In this document: in pieces, positions 10,977 to 24,208 of the stretch | How the letters are laid out: every line of letters begins with the position of its first letter | How positions within the stretch are numbered: the first letter of the stretch is position 1 | Origin: a virus | Direction: 5' to 3' (one strand) | DNA length: 64,000 nt | Virus record (IMG/VR): IMGVR_UViG_3300045988_081670 | Position numbers and translations under genes: made by a program | Notes under the pieces: model-generated | The model's input: only the letters and a program-made list of their open reading frames with translations | The model's database searches: none | Told to the model about the DNA's origin: nothing

Positions 10977-11754
10977 AATTCTTCTATATCAGTTATTGCC
11001 CCAATAAGAATATCCTGACTATTCAAATCTTCAATGAAATCACGATAGGAATCACATTCAGAATAGTCTGCAAATTTTTCCATAATTTTGTCCTGACAAT
11101 CAGCATTAGAATTTGCGATTATCCTAAGGTTATATACCTTTGAATTTGAGATATTACATACTGGAATTATATATTTATTCATTACTTGTCCTGGTCTTTT
11201 AGACCATGAACATTATTTGTTTCCATATTCATGGTAAGTTTTTAACAACTTATAAAAAAAGTCTATATCAAGAACAGCTACTGTTCCTTTACTATTCTCT
11301 CCTGCTTGGGCTGATTTCTTCCAAACTAAGACAAAGTCACGAGGATCTGTACACTCATCTTTTATGTCAAAGTAATTCGGAAATTTAGCATAGTGCTTGC
11401 ACTGAATTGCAACCTCAAGTTCGTGGTTAATATCTGCGATATCGACTTTAGAAGCGTCTAAATTCTTAGACTCTCCAGCAGCTCTACATACCCCGCCATA
11501 ACCAATCTCCTTTAGTTTATTCACAACTTCTGCTTCTAAGCCTGCTCCTTTGTTCTTGGATTTCTTGGCTCTATAGTGTCTAGCAGTAGTATCATTTAGC
11601 CATTCAAAGGTGGTTTTATCTTTTCCACCAGTTCCAGGCTTATTACACCTAATCTTAATAGCTGCAACAGATATTCCTGTACTATCACTAGCCTCCTCTA
11701 TAGATGTAAAGTCTTTAGAAGTTCCATCCTTGAAAGTTGCCCTTACAGATGTGT

Positions 11755-12765
11755 CTAATTCTGTCTATGTTCTTTTAACCATAATATAAATGTTTTTATT
11801 AAATTGAGTGTTTCCTTTCTTCCGTGATCTTTATAAAAATCTGATATATCCTTACTTCCATACTTCTTAGGGATAAATACGTAAGTAAGCTCTGGATGTT
11901 CTTTCCGAATCTTAGCCATATTATATAAGCCTGGTTTATCATTGTCATATAGAACTACAATGTTCTCGAAACGATTCTTCAAGTCCTCTAGAACCTTATC
12001 AGGAATAAATAGATTTTCACTATTCGGGGCACATGCAGTTATTCCACAGGAGTAGAGACACATGCTATCCTTCATTGATTTAGTAATCACTAGTAGCTTT
12101 CCTTTCTTTGGCAGCTGGTCATAGCCCTGAATCTTCTTACTAGGCCAATTCGTTATAAACCTAAAAGAAGTTCTCTTTGGAAAATAGCACCTCCATAGCT
12201 CAAGACCCTGATACTTCTTGCCATAATACCCGAATATAGGGCAGTGCTGCTGTGATTTAGCAAATAATTGATCATTTAGAAAGACATGCTTACATGAATA
12301 TACATCAAAGCGCTTTAAGATGTCCTTGGAGATTCCATATTTTCCCCACCATTTAAGTTCACTGTCTGTAAATTCCTGCACCTCAATTTGAATCTTTGAT
12401 ATCTCTTTATCTTTAATCTTAATAGGATTTAAATTAATCTTACCTGGATTCTTATGTAGAGTATTATCTTGAACAATTCCAAAGTCATTAGCAATTATTC
12501 TAAGTGACTCGAAATAGTCACATCTAAAGATAGATTGGACCACATCAAATACATTTAAATGCTGTCCAGTTGCAAAATCCTTAAATATTAATGTTCCAGA
12601 TTTATTCCTATAGAAACTACAAGTTGGCTGCTTATCTCTCCTTAGAGGAGAACGAAATAGCCCCTTCTTAACTGGAATGTGTAAGTAGTATTCCATAAGT
12701 TGCTCCTCAGAGAACCTAGATAAAATTAATTTTTTAGTAATTTTTGGTTGAAACGAGAAGTCCAT
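11755..12765 (-). CDS. Toprim-domain DNA primase-like protein
   Basis: 336 aa. C-terminal LLVITKSMKDS...VVLYDNDKPG resembles a Toprim domain. N-terminal Cys/His region. Adjacent to a replicative helicase. Confidence 0.5.
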   Translation of the reverse strand: MDFSFQPKITKKLILSRFSEEQLMEYYLHIPVKKGLFRSPLRRDKQPTCSFYRNKSGTLIFKDFATGQHLNVFDVVQSIFRCDYFESLRIIANDFGIVQDNTLHKNPGKINLNPIKIKDKEISKIQIEVQEFTDSELKWWGKYGISKDILKRFDVYSCKHVFLNDQLFAKSQQHCPIFGYYGKKYQGLELWRCYFPKRTSFRFITNWPSKKIQGYDQLPKKGKLLVITKSMKDSMCLYSCGITACAPNSENLFIPDKVLEDLKNRFENIVVLYDNDKPGLYNMAKIRKEHPELTYVFIPKKYGSKDISDFYKDHGRKETLNLIKTFILWLKEHRQN

Positions 12766-12857
12766 AATAATTGTGTTTAGAACACAAAAATACTAAATTT
12801 CTAGTAAAAACCAAAATAGAGATACCTACTATCACAGTAGATACCCCTCAATTCTTA

Positions 12858-13565
12858 TTAAAGCAATGATTCGAAGTCTATATCTTCAGAACCTGCCGAT
12901 TTGCCATCAACTTCCTTGGCAATAGTAGAATTTTCACCACTGTCCATATTAGTTGGTTTAGCATTCAGATATTCTGCCTTTTTAGACTCCTCATAAGCAG
13001 AGAAGAAAAGTTTATCGCCCACGAAATTATCACAGGTAAACTTCTCTCCATTCTTATTTATTGCAACAAACTTAGGAAGACCTGCTACAACATTTCCGTT
13101 TTGTGTTCTTCCTACAAGTTTGAGATTAGTTTCTTTACCTTTGGCGCCGTCAGTGATCTTTATAAATGCAGTAACTACATCATCAAAAGATCTAAACTTA
13201 GCACTAGCTGCCTGCATCTTTTTGAATCCTTCTGGATTGAGAACCTCTGCTACCTGTGCAATAAAGGTCATTGTTCTATCAAAAGAAGATGCTCCCTGAT
13301 ATTCATGACCCTCTTTACTTGTATAAGTAGGACGTTTTTCATCTCCATCCTTAGGATAAAAGATAGACTCTTCATAATATCCATCAGCTCCGTCAAAACG
13401 GACCTTAAGAATTTCATAAACTGCATTAGGGTCTTTCTTACCCTTAATAGTTTCCTTGCGAGCTCCTGAGAACTTTACAGGATAAATTCCCCAAGGTTTA
13501 AGACGCTGCTGTACATTAGAAGTTGCTTGTGTTGTTGCGAGACTACCAAAATTAAATTCTGACAT
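12858..13565 (-). CDS. putative single-stranded DNA-binding protein
   Basis: 235 aa with an acidic C-terminal tail (GSEDIDFESLL). Sits between the primase and a Sak4-like ATPase. Confidence 0.4.
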   Translation of the reverse strand: MSEFNFGSLATTQATSNVQQRLKPWGIYPVKFSGARKETIKGKKDPNAVYEILKVRFDGADGYYEESIFYPKDGDEKRPTYTSKEGHEYQGASSFDRTMTFIAQVAEVLNPEGFKKMQAASAKFRSFDDVVTAFIKITDGAKGKETNLKLVGRTQNGNVVAGLPKFVAINKNGEKFTCDNFVGDKLFFSAYEESKKAEYLNAKPTNMDSGENSTIAKEVDGKSAGSEDIDFESLL

Positions 13566-14175
13566 AATATTACAAATTAAAGTTTAAAGAAGTTTGTATC
13601 TATAGAACTTACATTTGCATCTTTGTCATCTACTAATCCTTCTAAATTAAGATCTATCCCTTCTGGAGTATCAATATTAACATTGTCATCTCCAACTAAC
13701 TGATCTACAGCCACCTCTTCAGAAGTAAGTACAAATAATCCGGCTTTCGATGGGTGTGTAGCTAGGACAAACTCCCTTCCATATTTAGAAAGTTCTTCAT
13801 TCTTGCTACCTCTACAGGCTATGGTATTTGACTTAGTCAGTTTATTACCTCCCTTCGTACCAAAAGCCTCATCAGTCCCAATAATAGGAACTGAACCATT
13901 CTTTCCCTCATCATACTTGATGTCTAACTTATCTCCTGGGCTAATCCCCATAAGGGATATGGCCTTAGAGTTAAGTCTGCACTTGTTATCTTCCAAATAA
14001 AGTTTTGGCTCTTTGTCATCATCTTGCACTGCCTCATTTGCAGTTGCTTTCATTGCTTTAACTGGCTTATTGACACTCCTGTCAATAAGCTTAGTTTCTA
14101 ACACTTCGCCAGTTTCTGTGTCTACCGACATTTCATAGGTCAGACTCAGAATAAAAGTTTCTTTTATAGTAGGCA

Positions 14176-14868
14176 TTAGTCTTCCTCATTATATTCCTTA
14201 ATACGCTTTACTACATAATCAAGATCATTATCGATATAAATATCGTTAAATAATCCCATTGGAGATTTAGCAGTACAGGTACCATCAGAGTTAGTGATAA
14301 ACTTATATGAAGGCTTATTGTCCTCATCACGCTGTATAGTAGTGAAGAACACATAAGTAAACAAACCTTCCAGAGTAATCACAGAATCCAACATCTTTCC
14401 GAGAGTCTTCATCTTGTAATAAGGAGTCAACCTATCACCCATATTTTCACTATGAGTAGAGACTACGACGTTTAAGTCATCACGCATATTCATTGCAGAC
14501 TTCAACACCTGATATGCATGCTGTGCCATATCAGTAAATTTATCATAGCTCTTCTCCTTAGCTCTATCCATTGCCTCAAAGCCCATCACATACTGGAAAT
14601 CGTCTATGACGACAGTTGTAATGTGCAGCATTTTCTTGTCGATAATCTGTAATACCTTACCGATTTGATCAACATTTGCAGAGACAAAGAAATTGCCAGA
14701 AACTTTTCCATCTTGAATAGTGAAAGAAGGATATTTCCTGTTAGCTCCTTTAATTCCAGGACGTTTACCAGTTGTTGATATGATAAAGGTCTTTGCTGGA
14801 TCAAGATTTCTAACACTTGAAGTTTTACCACTTCCACTTTCACCGACGATTGCTATTAATTCAGCCAT
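14176..14868 (-). CDS. AAA_24 / Sak4-like RecA-family ATPase
   Basis: 230 aa with N-terminal Walker A IAIVGESGSGKTSS. Size and context typical of phage Sak4. Confidence 0.55.
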   Translation of the reverse strand: MAELIAIVGESGSGKTSSVRNLDPAKTFIISTTGKRPGIKGANRKYPSFTIQDGKVSGNFFVSANVDQIGKVLQIIDKKMLHITTVVIDDFQYVMGFEAMDRAKEKSYDKFTDMAQHAYQVLKSAMNMRDDLNVVVSTHSENMGDRLTPYYKMKTLGKMLDSVITLEGLFTYVFFTTIQRDEDNKPSYKFITNSDGTCTAKSPMGLFNDIYIDNDLDYVVKRIKEYNEED

Positions 14869-15971
14869 TATAACGTAAATTTAGATTTTTGAATAATTTT
14901 ATTATCATCTTCTATCTTTATGTTATCTTGCTGCTCTTCCAAAGCCCATTCTGGACTTTTATATTTTTCATAATCAAATATTTCATCAGGTTTAGGTAAT
15001 TCTATATAGTGAGAACTATCACCATAATAACCTAGAGGAACCATTATGTCGGAAGTACCAAATCTACTCTTTAAAAGGAATAGACCTATGAAACATTGTT
15101 CCAATGTCTTAATATCATACTTCCTATAAGATGAGAGCTTATATTTATGAGGACTAAATAGTGCAAGAACTACTTGACTATCCTCATAGAGAGCACCACT
15201 ATCCTTGAAATCATTAGAGGAAGGATCTTGCAACCCTTGCTTCATTCTTTCTTGATTATTAGAATCTCTATTAAACTGAGCAATATGAATAGGACTCATA
15301 ATCTTAGTTTTATTTCTAAGCATTACAGAGTCTCTAGAAATTGCATCTATCTCCTCTTTCTTAGATCTTCCAGAAGTTGCTTTAACGAGAGTAAAGTGAT
15401 CCACAAGAACTCCAAGTATCTGTTGAGGATTATTAGGGATATACCCATCCTCTGTAAATTTTCCATACTTTCTGAGTTCTTTTTCAACTTCCTTAAGATA
15501 CACTACCTCAGTCAGACTCCCCTCATAAAAGGTTAGTCTTTCATCAAGTATATCCATAAATTCAGAAGCTTTCTTCAGAAGTTCATATCTATCGTCAGAT
15601 AGAATACAATCTTTACCTCTAGAGAACATCTCCTTATATCTGAGTTCTACTCCAAATTTATCCATAATATACATGGATACTAGTTTTGCATATACTTGAC
15701 TTCTAGTCATCTCTAAACTAAAGAGAAGCCATCTTGGATCTCTCTCAGGGCACTCTCCATCAAGAAAGTGAATAAGTGGCTGATATACAAATGTCCACAG
15801 AGCATAGGTTGATTTACCTACGCCAGACGCAGCACCTATCAAGTAGCTAGTTCCTGGTAAATAGCCATCTATAAAGCTTTCTAATCTCTTAGAACCTACA
15901 GATAAACCAATATTCTTACCCTCTCGTCCCTCACGAACTAGGTTAAAGAACTCTTCTCTACCAGTTATCAT
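14868..15971 (-). CDS. DnaB-family replicative DNA helicase
   Basis: 367 aa. Walker A GAASGVGKST in a DnaB-like context (SYLIGAASGVGKSTYALW). Confidence 0.65.
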   Translation of the reverse strand: MITGREEFFNLVREGREGKNIGLSVGSKRLESFIDGYLPGTSYLIGAASGVGKSTYALWTFVYQPLIHFLDGECPERDPRWLLFSLEMTRSQVYAKLVSMYIMDKFGVELRYKEMFSRGKDCILSDDRYELLKKASEFMDILDERLTFYEGSLTEVVYLKEVEKELRKYGKFTEDGYIPNNPQQILGVLVDHFTLVKATSGRSKKEEIDAISRDSVMLRNKTKIMSPIHIAQFNRDSNNQERMKQGLQDPSSNDFKDSGALYEDSQVVLALFSPHKYKLSSYRKYDIKTLEQCFIGLFLLKSRFGTSDIMVPLGYYGDSSHYIELPKPDEIFDYEKYKSPEWALEEQQDNIKIEDDNKIIQKSKFTL

Positions 15972-17115
15972 ACTAACTTAATTGCATCAAAATTAACATT
16001 AGCGCCATCTCCCTTCTTAAGGGCTTCTAGATCAATCCATCCCTGATTAATAATAAAGCTAGCTAGACTACAGTTAATAATATTATTATCTTTCGCCCAT
16101 CTAACTAATTTAATAATTTGATTATGTTTTTCTTCATTCCACTTAATACTTTTACCATATCTAAAATAAGCTTCTTCTAATGAGTCAAACTTTTTAGCTA
16201 CAGTTCTTAACGGAACCGTGGAGGTTCCTATAATTCCAAATTGAGGATATGCTTCAAACAATTCCTTTCCCATTTCGAAAGAACATCTATAAAGATTCTT
16301 TATAAAGTTCTTATTGAATGGTATAGAATATGGATCAAAAGCTTCTCCTTCCTTTGGGCAATGAAAACTCTTTAGAATAATTCCTTTACTCTGTAAAGAT
16401 AGAATAACCTCCCTAGTTTTCACTCCACATCTGTATAATGCTTCTATGTATGATTTGAATATATCTTCGTCCTCTTCATCCTGAAGCAACAGTAAAGTTC
16501 TGATAAACATCAGCTCATTTGGAGTTATTCTATATTTATCGAGTATAGAGATTTCCTCTTCTAGTGTTAAAGTTAAATTTTTCAAGCAGTTTATAGGTTA
16601 ATATTAAAAAATACTAATCTTATAACTGCATATAAGTTAAACCTCTTTCGAGGTGGAATCAAATTGCATACGGCTTCATAAACTCCTCAACTAAGATTTC
16701 TACTCTTTCTTGCATTTTATCTACGTTGTAATAAGTTTCATCATTTCCTTTAATCATTCTAGTTTCTCCATCATATTCAATATCCTCTTCAGTAATCGTA
16801 TTTAAGAGTGAAAGTAGAATGAGAAGTTCGTTCATTTTCTCGTTTATCATATATTAATATCTAAATGTAAAGTCCTTAATATGTTTAACATAAGGCCTAG
16901 GTTCCCTTCCAGCTAAAACATCATCTAACCCATTTTCATCAATTGTAATAACACTTGTAGAATTGTTAGATTTCTTAACAGTTTTGTTATCGTTAGGCTT
17001 TTTATCCTAACTTCTTACTATTACTAGTAAGCTCGGCGTACATTTTCACCCTTAGCATTATCTACTAGGGTGTTGGACACTCTTGGAGGTATTATATTTA
17101 TTCAACCTCTACGCT

Positions 17116-18006
17116 CTACGATGACTCTGAGCCTTTCGTAATCCCAGAGTTTATCTCGGTGTTATCCTCATTAGTAGGACTTTCACCGATATTGCCCAAT
17201 GATAATTCCGATGATTTCTCAATCGGAACGGCTGTGTATTCTATGTAATCTTTACTGAAATAAATTTTAATATTTGTATTCTTTGGAATGTATGGATTAT
17301 CCTTAGTGGCATCTAGATGTGAACTTATAGTAGATTTACATGAACATTTTATAGAATCAATTAGATTCTTTATAGTCTTATGATACTGTATCTCTCCATT
17401 AATTTCAGAAATTAAATATTTTTCTTCCTTAAAATTCTTAGAACTGTATTTTAGGAGATTCTTACAGACATAATTTTTAAGTTCAATCAAATTACTATAC
17501 TCTCTACTAAGTACAACATATTCTCCAGAACAGATTCTATTGTCTATGTATTTATCATTGAATACTGATTTTAATCCTAAGAAAGAGCATACATCCTTTA
17601 AAGACAAGTTACCTTTTACTAAGTTCCATGATTTAATAGAGTATATAAAACACTTTATATTTCTAGTTTTACAGTTTTTCTGTCTTTCCTCAGATTTCCA
17701 ATTATTAGATACAGATTTAGAGATTCTATTTATAGTATCAATAGAATGAGAAGTTATTCCATCTGGATCAACTATATCCAAATTATATTCTGGACATAGT
17801 GTTTCAATATAGTAACCTTCTCTTACTAACCTGTTCTCTTCTTTACAATACTCTAAAATTCCATATTCAAAAGAATCTTTGCCATATTTGGACCAAGAAT
17901 TTTGAAGATGGTTATTCACATGAGAATCTCTATTTAGATCCCAGATGTGTTTAGACAATCTATAATAGAGATCTTTTGATGAACCAATATATCTCTTTCC
18001 ATTCAC
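17116..18006 (-). CDS. GIY-YIG homing endonuclease
   Basis: N-terminus MNGKRYIGSSKDLYYRLSKH...N...FEYGILEY is a GIY-YIG catalytic domain. Long C-terminal DNA-binding-like extension. Confidence 0.75.
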   Translation of the reverse strand: MNGKRYIGSSKDLYYRLSKHIWDLNRDSHVNNHLQNSWSKYGKDSFEYGILEYCKEENRLVREGYYIETLCPEYNLDIVDPDGITSHSIDTINRISKSVSNNWKSEERQKNCKTRNIKCFIYSIKSWNLVKGNLSLKDVCSFLGLKSVFNDKYIDNRICSGEYVVLSREYSNLIELKNYVCKNLLKYSSKNFKEEKYLISEINGEIQYHKTIKNLIDSIKCSCKSTISSHLDATKDNPYIPKNTNIKIYFSKDYIEYTAVPIEKSSELSLGNIGESPTNEDNTEINSGITKGSESS

Positions 18007-18123
18007 AAGATTAATAATCTAATATATCCCACATTTTCCATTTAAAAGTTTACTTACTGTATTCATACTATTAATTTTTTTTTTACAGTACAAATATAGT
18101 CAGTAAGTTTCTACTATCCAAAT

Positions 18124-19305
18124 TTATTCAACAAAATCTTTACAAAACAACCATTCTGTCTCAACAGTTTGATCTAAGACTAACGTAAATATTTCAGCCT
18201 TTTTATCACCTTCCTTCCTAGCTACACGTCCTATTCGTTGTGTCTTGCGAATTTTAGAAGAATCCAGACCAAGTATAATAGCAACTGATAATCCTGGTAC
18301 ATCTAAGCCTTCATCAGCTTTTTTGATAGTATGTAATATTCCAGTCTTCTCAGCACTAAATTCCTCTATTGTCATTCTTCCCTTCTTCTTACTATCTTTT
18401 CCAGAAAACACTTTCCCTCCCATGCCTATAGATTCTGCCATCTTGACATTGTTTGAAAAAGTAATTATCTTAGAATCAGGTCTAGCTTGAATAATCCTTC
18501 TAGCAACTTCTATCTTTTTTGGATGATTATTAATAAAAGCTTTTCTAGACTGTATAATTCGCATAAACTGTGTTGCATGATATGTTATCTGCTTAAATAC
18601 CTGCTTTCTTTGCTCTTCTGTTCCATTAGGACACATTTCATCCCTCAATTGAGAACGATACATAAACCCTCTTGGTCCTAGGCAGTTCATAACTTTCTCC
18701 CAGTCGAAATTAAAGAACTCAAAATGCTCCGTAAATTCTCTATTCATTTCTTTATAGGTAGCAATATCATCAACATCTAGTATAACTTGGTATTCCTTAT
18801 AATCAGAAATCCATCCTTGGAATTTCGATTCGGCAAGGGTAATTTCATCAATAACAGGGCAGTATTTCTTAAGCAACTCATGTTTTCCATCAAGCCTCTC
18901 AAAGGTTGCTGTCAAACCAAGAATATATTTATAATTAACAGTTTCAAAGACGTGCTTTAATGTATCTGCTGCAACTCTATGGATTTCATCAATCACCATA
19001 ATGTCACATTTATATAATCCCTTAATAGCAGTATTAATTACTAATACTTCACAATTAAGAGACAACCCATTCAAGTCAAGTAGCCCTAGCCACTGCTCTT
19101 TTAGGGCAGTAGTAGGAACTATAACTATGACTTTTATGCTTGGATATTTTTTCAGGACTGTCTTAATACAGTTAAGGCCAACTCTAGTCTTACCAAAACC
19201 TGTGGATGCAACTATTGTTCCCTTACACTTATTTTTTATCCATTTGACGCGACATTCTTCTTGTCTCTCATCTCTGGTAGTCCTTTTAAATGAAGATTCT
19301 TGCAT
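18124..19305 (-). CDS. SF2 DExH-box DNA helicase (ResIII + helicase C-terminal)
   Basis: Walker A ASTGFGKT, motif II VIDEIH, and C-terminal QRIGRVAR (motif VI). Confidence 0.8.
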   Translation of the reverse strand: MQESSFKRTTRDERQEECRVKWIKNKCKGTIVASTGFGKTRVGLNCIKTVLKKYPSIKVIVIVPTTALKEQWLGLLDLNGLSLNCEVLVINTAIKGLYKCDIMVIDEIHRVAADTLKHVFETVNYKYILGLTATFERLDGKHELLKKYCPVIDEITLAESKFQGWISDYKEYQVILDVDDIATYKEMNREFTEHFEFFNFDWEKVMNCLGPRGFMYRSQLRDEMCPNGTEEQRKQVFKQITYHATQFMRIIQSRKAFINNHPKKIEVARRIIQARPDSKIITFSNNVKMAESIGMGGKVFSGKDSKKKGRMTIEEFSAEKTGILHTIKKADEGLDVPGLSVAIILGLDSSKIRKTQRIGRVARKEGDKKAEIFTLVLDQTVETEWLFCKDFVE

Positions 19306-19392
19306 ATTCTATCAGCCCATATAACAATATAGCATAGTTATCTACATTGATGAAATTCTGACAGTTAATAAGAAAATCTAATAGCTTATTCA

Positions 19393-20262
19393 TTAGTCTT
19401 CAAGTGTGATTCCACGACTTTCTGCAACTAGTTTAAGCTGACGGATTCTCTCCTCCCACTGGTCAATGTGGAACATAACCTCATTTTCCAAGCGGAACAG
19501 AACCTTATTACGAAGTACCATAAGTTGATCAGTAGTCAACTCAGAATACTTTTTAGGTCTTAGGTTGACCATAGCACGCAGTTCATTGAAATTAAGACCT
19601 GTAGGCTTTACAGTTAAGCGTACAGTATTCTTAATATTAAGGCGTTCCTTAATAACCTCAAGCTTACTACGTGTGTTTCCATCCTTATCCTTTTCATCAA
19701 ACTCCTTCATTTCAGATGGAGTAAGATATACACCCATATTAAGAATGAAACTAAAAGTTATATGTTTGTTATCAAAATAACCAAGTTGATCCAAGCCTCC
19801 ATCAAGAACATCCTCTATAGAGATTCTCTCAAACTCTCTAGGAAGACCTCCAGTGCATGCTGCAATAGAAATATCTTTCAGTTCATTAGAAGGAAAGTCC
19901 TCCTTATGACTATTCATATATCCACGAAGATCTTGAATATATAGATGACGAGGGTAAGGTTTGCCATCTGCACATATTTCACCAGACTCCAACTTACGAA
20001 GGAAGAGTTCAACATTACACTTCTTACGCTGCTCACTAATAATGTCCAAAAGAACATATCTACCAGGATTTAACTTATCAGTACTATGAAGCATTGATAA
20101 ACAATGCTTGTAGAATTGATTAAGTTGTTCTGGAGTAGCATCAACGAGATGGATCTCCTCCTGAGTTCCATCTGCCTTTCGTGCAAGTTTCCATACAAAT
20201 GACTTAATATCATTATTCTTTGCTTCCATTGCCTCCATAAGTTTGTCTCTCATTACTGTCAT
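19393..20262 (-). CDS. hypothetical protein
   Basis: 289-aa ORF. Confidence 0.45.
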   Translation of the reverse strand: MTVMRDKLMEAMEAKNNDIKSFVWKLARKADGTQEEIHLVDATPEQLNQFYKHCLSMLHSTDKLNPGRYVLLDIISEQRKKCNVELFLRKLESGEICADGKPYPRHLYIQDLRGYMNSHKEDFPSNELKDISIAACTGGLPREFERISIEDVLDGGLDQLGYFDNKHITFSFILNMGVYLTPSEMKEFDEKDKDGNTRSKLEVIKERLNIKNTVRLTVKPTGLNFNELRAMVNLRPKKYSELTTDQLMVLRNKVLFRLENEVMFHIDQWEERIRQLKLVAESRGITLED

Positions 20263-23200
20263 AATTTATTTACTGTCTTTCATATTGTTATTTTTTAAAT
20301 TATATCTTACATTGTAAACTTGTGAGGCTTTTTAATAGGTTTTTCTACAAACTTCATAAACTGAATGTTGCTATAGCGATAAGGGACAAATTTATTTCCG
20401 TCAAACCACTTATCAATTCCAGCCTTTACTTCAAAGAAGTTTAGAAACCCAACCTCACCTATCTCTATCTTACGGTGATCCCAATTTGGATACCTAGTGC
20501 ACATAATGTACCTAGTTTCTTTAATCACGTCCTCATCTAGACACTCAAAGACATATGTTATATAGCCAAGAGCATCCTCTTCACTAGCTAATAATTTAGC
20601 TAGAACAGTCATGATTAATTTGAAGAATTAAGTTCCCTATAATAGGTGCAACCATAGGCTGCAAAATTAGAAGAACACTTTTCAATTCCACGAAAGCATG
20701 GGTACCTTCTACAAGACTTACATTCTCTATTAGGAAACTTTAATTTAACTCCAAATTTATCTTTTTCTATCCTTATAAGGCTCACTTTACTAACAAAAGT
20801 ACTAATAAACCAGAACTAACTATAATACCTCCAATTTTCCAGAAAAATAGAGTTCTATTTTTCTTGTTGAGATCCTTAGTTAAAGAATTATTCCAATCTT
20901 TGTAGACTTTAATCTGAGCTTGTCTAACCGAATCAGCTCTTATAAGAAGTTTATTATCTTCCTTATAATTATTTAATTGCTCAGAAAGTAATTGGTTTTC
21001 AATCAATAACTTATGATGTTCGGCAAAGATTAGATTAGTCTCCTTCAGTTGAGTTGGAGTTATTGATACTGTCGAATCTTTCTCTATTCCACTTGAGATA
21101 GTTAATGAAGAAGATGTAGTCGTCGCTAGTAGTGTTATTAACAATGTTACTAATAGTCTCTTTGTAGCTCTTTTCATTCTGTTCAATTTTAATTACAGTT
21201 GTATCAATTCTTCCCGCTATAGAATCTCTTTTACTCTTTATTGAGGAGAGTTCAGGCTCCAAAGAATCTATTCTTTCAGAATAGTCAGGAGTCTGAACTT
21301 GTTTCTCAGGTTTAAATATAATATATCCTAAAGCTAAACTAGTAAATATAAAGAAAATCAGAATTACTTTCTCTGCTTTCCGCATTTCTTAGTTTGCTTG
21401 TTTAGATAGTCAAGATACTTCTGTACATTGTCGAGGTAAGTAGGATCCTTTTTCACTCCTTCCACTATAACCTTCTCAATATCAGTAAAGTTCTCCTTCA
21501 TATCTTCCATTTCCTGATGCTTCAAGAAACGAGCCTTAGCATCATTATATCCCTTGATGTACTTCTCGGGATTTTCTCTAATATATTCTGCTTCCTGAGC
21601 AAGATAAGTTCGGATAAGATTATCACTCATCTGTCCAGGATGGGCAGCATAAAGCGCAATGTCGGAGTTCTTAGCACGAGCAATTGCCTTAAGTGTACCT
21701 ACTTTCTCACTGAACTTATCTACTGGATTACAGATAGATACACCAATCTGTAAGCCTACCTGAACACATCCAAGTGCCTCACCAGTTCCATTAGAAATCT
21801 TCATTACTAATGGATAACCAGAATCAGTATCCTTGAGTGTAACCTTTGTAGCTGCGATTATAAACTGATGCTCTTTACCAGCATAATCAACAAACTTGTC
21901 CTTAAGTACGATTTCGTTATTCATTTTTTCTTAAATTTTTTATTTGGTTTAGAAACATAGAGTGGTAGATTCATTTCATCTACAAACTCTTGAGGGACAC
22001 CTATCAAGGAAATTTCTTTCTCGATACTATATCCATCATATTTTATTACAATACAATTATCCTTTATATGAAGTAACCTATCAGCCTTATATAACTTACT
22101 ACCAAGTTGACAGAAACCATTATTCCAATACTTACTTAAGGTTACCTCATACGTAAAAGTAGGAAGGAGTTCAACAACTCCTCCTTCATACTCATAAAAC
22201 TTACTTCCAGAATGGTCGTTCGTTTGGGGTGTACGTTTTCCCATTGAAGGTATACTTAGCTACAACACTAACCATCATTCTATTTTGACGATCCCACTGA
22301 TGGAAAAAGTTAAGAACATCTCCTATCTGGTGCATGCCGCAGATAGTGGAGTACGTTGTATATGGGAATCGTTTGTTCTTCTTTAGCTGAACAATAAGCT
22401 TAGCTCGTACAGGAATTACCTTACGAGGAGGGGTACCAAGATGCATTTTGCCCTTATGAGCACATCTTAGAGTTCTGAGTATTTTCTTCTCCTGTTTGCT
22501 TTTGCTCCAGACACTAGGGTCTCTAGGAGTTACAGGACGAGGGTGAATACCCAATTCAACCATAAGTGCATCATCGTGCACATCTACCCAGCGATCCTCA
22601 TCACCCTGGGCTGCCTTAATAGGACTTTTAACATTTTCTTCTTTCATGCGTGTATATTACCACAAATTGTACATTTATAAATTGCATACTCAGGAACATA
22701 GAGGGTATGCTTTCCTCTTTGTCTACACCTAGGACATAGTAATGTCTTAGTGACTGGATAAACTGTTTCTTTCTTCGTAGCCATTAAAAAATGCATTAAA
22801 AGTTTTACGAATAATTCTATTGTTATGGATATTATACTTTGGATTCCATCTTCCAGACCTATAAATCCATTTAATATCAGAGGAATTTATATCTTCAACT
22901 AAATATTTATTAGGAAGACTATTAAACCCTCCAACATTTATAGTTCCTCCTCCTTCTAAATATAGAGCATAATGATGGCAAGTTCCCAAACCTACTATGG
23001 AGGTCCTTCTTGAGTTGTTCTTAACTTTAGAATGAATTTCAGATGAAATACTAATATCATCTTTTAACTCATTTGTAAAGATAAGTAACTTATATCTTAG
23101 CCCTAACCTATCTAGATGGAAGGCAATCAAATATGCAACAAAACAACATCCGCCATTGTTTATAAGGTATTTATTATTAAGTTGCAAACACAAATTGTTT

Positions 23201-24208
23201 AATGATCTCTGTAAGCTGTGAACATTTAAATTCCGCATAATGCTTTAAGTGAATCTAATTCTTCTCTAAAGTCCTTCAGATACGTTTCCAAGTTAGTAGT
23301 ATCATGTTTACATGACACTCTATACTGAATAACCTTCTTTAGAGCTGACTCTAGGCTTATTCCATAGGCTACATTCTTAAATTCCTGTCTAGCCTCTTTA
23401 CCCCTAGGACGTACTGTATACAGAAGTTCTAAGTCAAACATAGGACTAGTTTCAGAAACTGGAGTTAGTCGAAAATCCTTCTCCTCAATTGTCATTAGGA
23501 TTATAATTTATATAAAACTCAGAATCTATGTCAAAATTATTAAATATCTTTGGACATCTTTAGTTAATCAGTATCTAAGTTATATAGTTCAGGGATGTAT
23601 ACCCATTACAACAATAACTACTCTCCTCATAAGCTTAAGCAGAAGCAGCTGTTCTCTGATTTATACTACCTGGACGAGTTAAACTAGCTTTATCACGTTC
23701 TGGAAGCCTATCCCACCATGCCTGTGCTGCTTTAAGATTTGCTAATTTCTTTTTGTACTTCATAGTTATTTATTTTACAAGTTCGTAAGTTTCTTTGAAG
23801 ACTTTCTCCTTGCATGGATAAAATTTTCCTGCAACTCCTTTAATAATGAAATCACCTACAGAAGCAATCATGTTTCCCTCTAAAGTAGGGATTGTTATAC
23901 CCTTATGATAACTAGATTTCTCTAGTTCCTTCCAGTTCTTCTGTGCTAATTCACTACTATTGATTTCTGACTCAATACTCTTAACTGAAACTCCTTTTAG
24001 GAAGGCAGTAATCTCTACTAGATTACCTCCATCCCACTGTAAAGCCTCTATTATAACAGGCTTCTTTCTGTACTTTTTAATCATAATTAAATTTTTGAAT
24101 TACTAAATTTCCTCATTGGGGTCCACCTCTATAGAGGAATGCTTTGTCATTAGAATCGAAAATAAGGCTAAAGTCATAAGTATTCCTAATACAATTAAAA
24201 ATCCCATA

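Noticed and set aside
13101-13469. Plus-strand 122-aa ORF
   Set aside because: Antisense to the SSB-like gene. Cys/Ser/Phe-rich, AT-rich antisense artefact.
20782-21385. Two overlapping minus-strand ORFs (134 aa and 116 aa) in different frames
   Set aside because: They cannot both be real over their 150-nt overlap. Neither has a motif, so I could not choose between them and left both out of the feature list.
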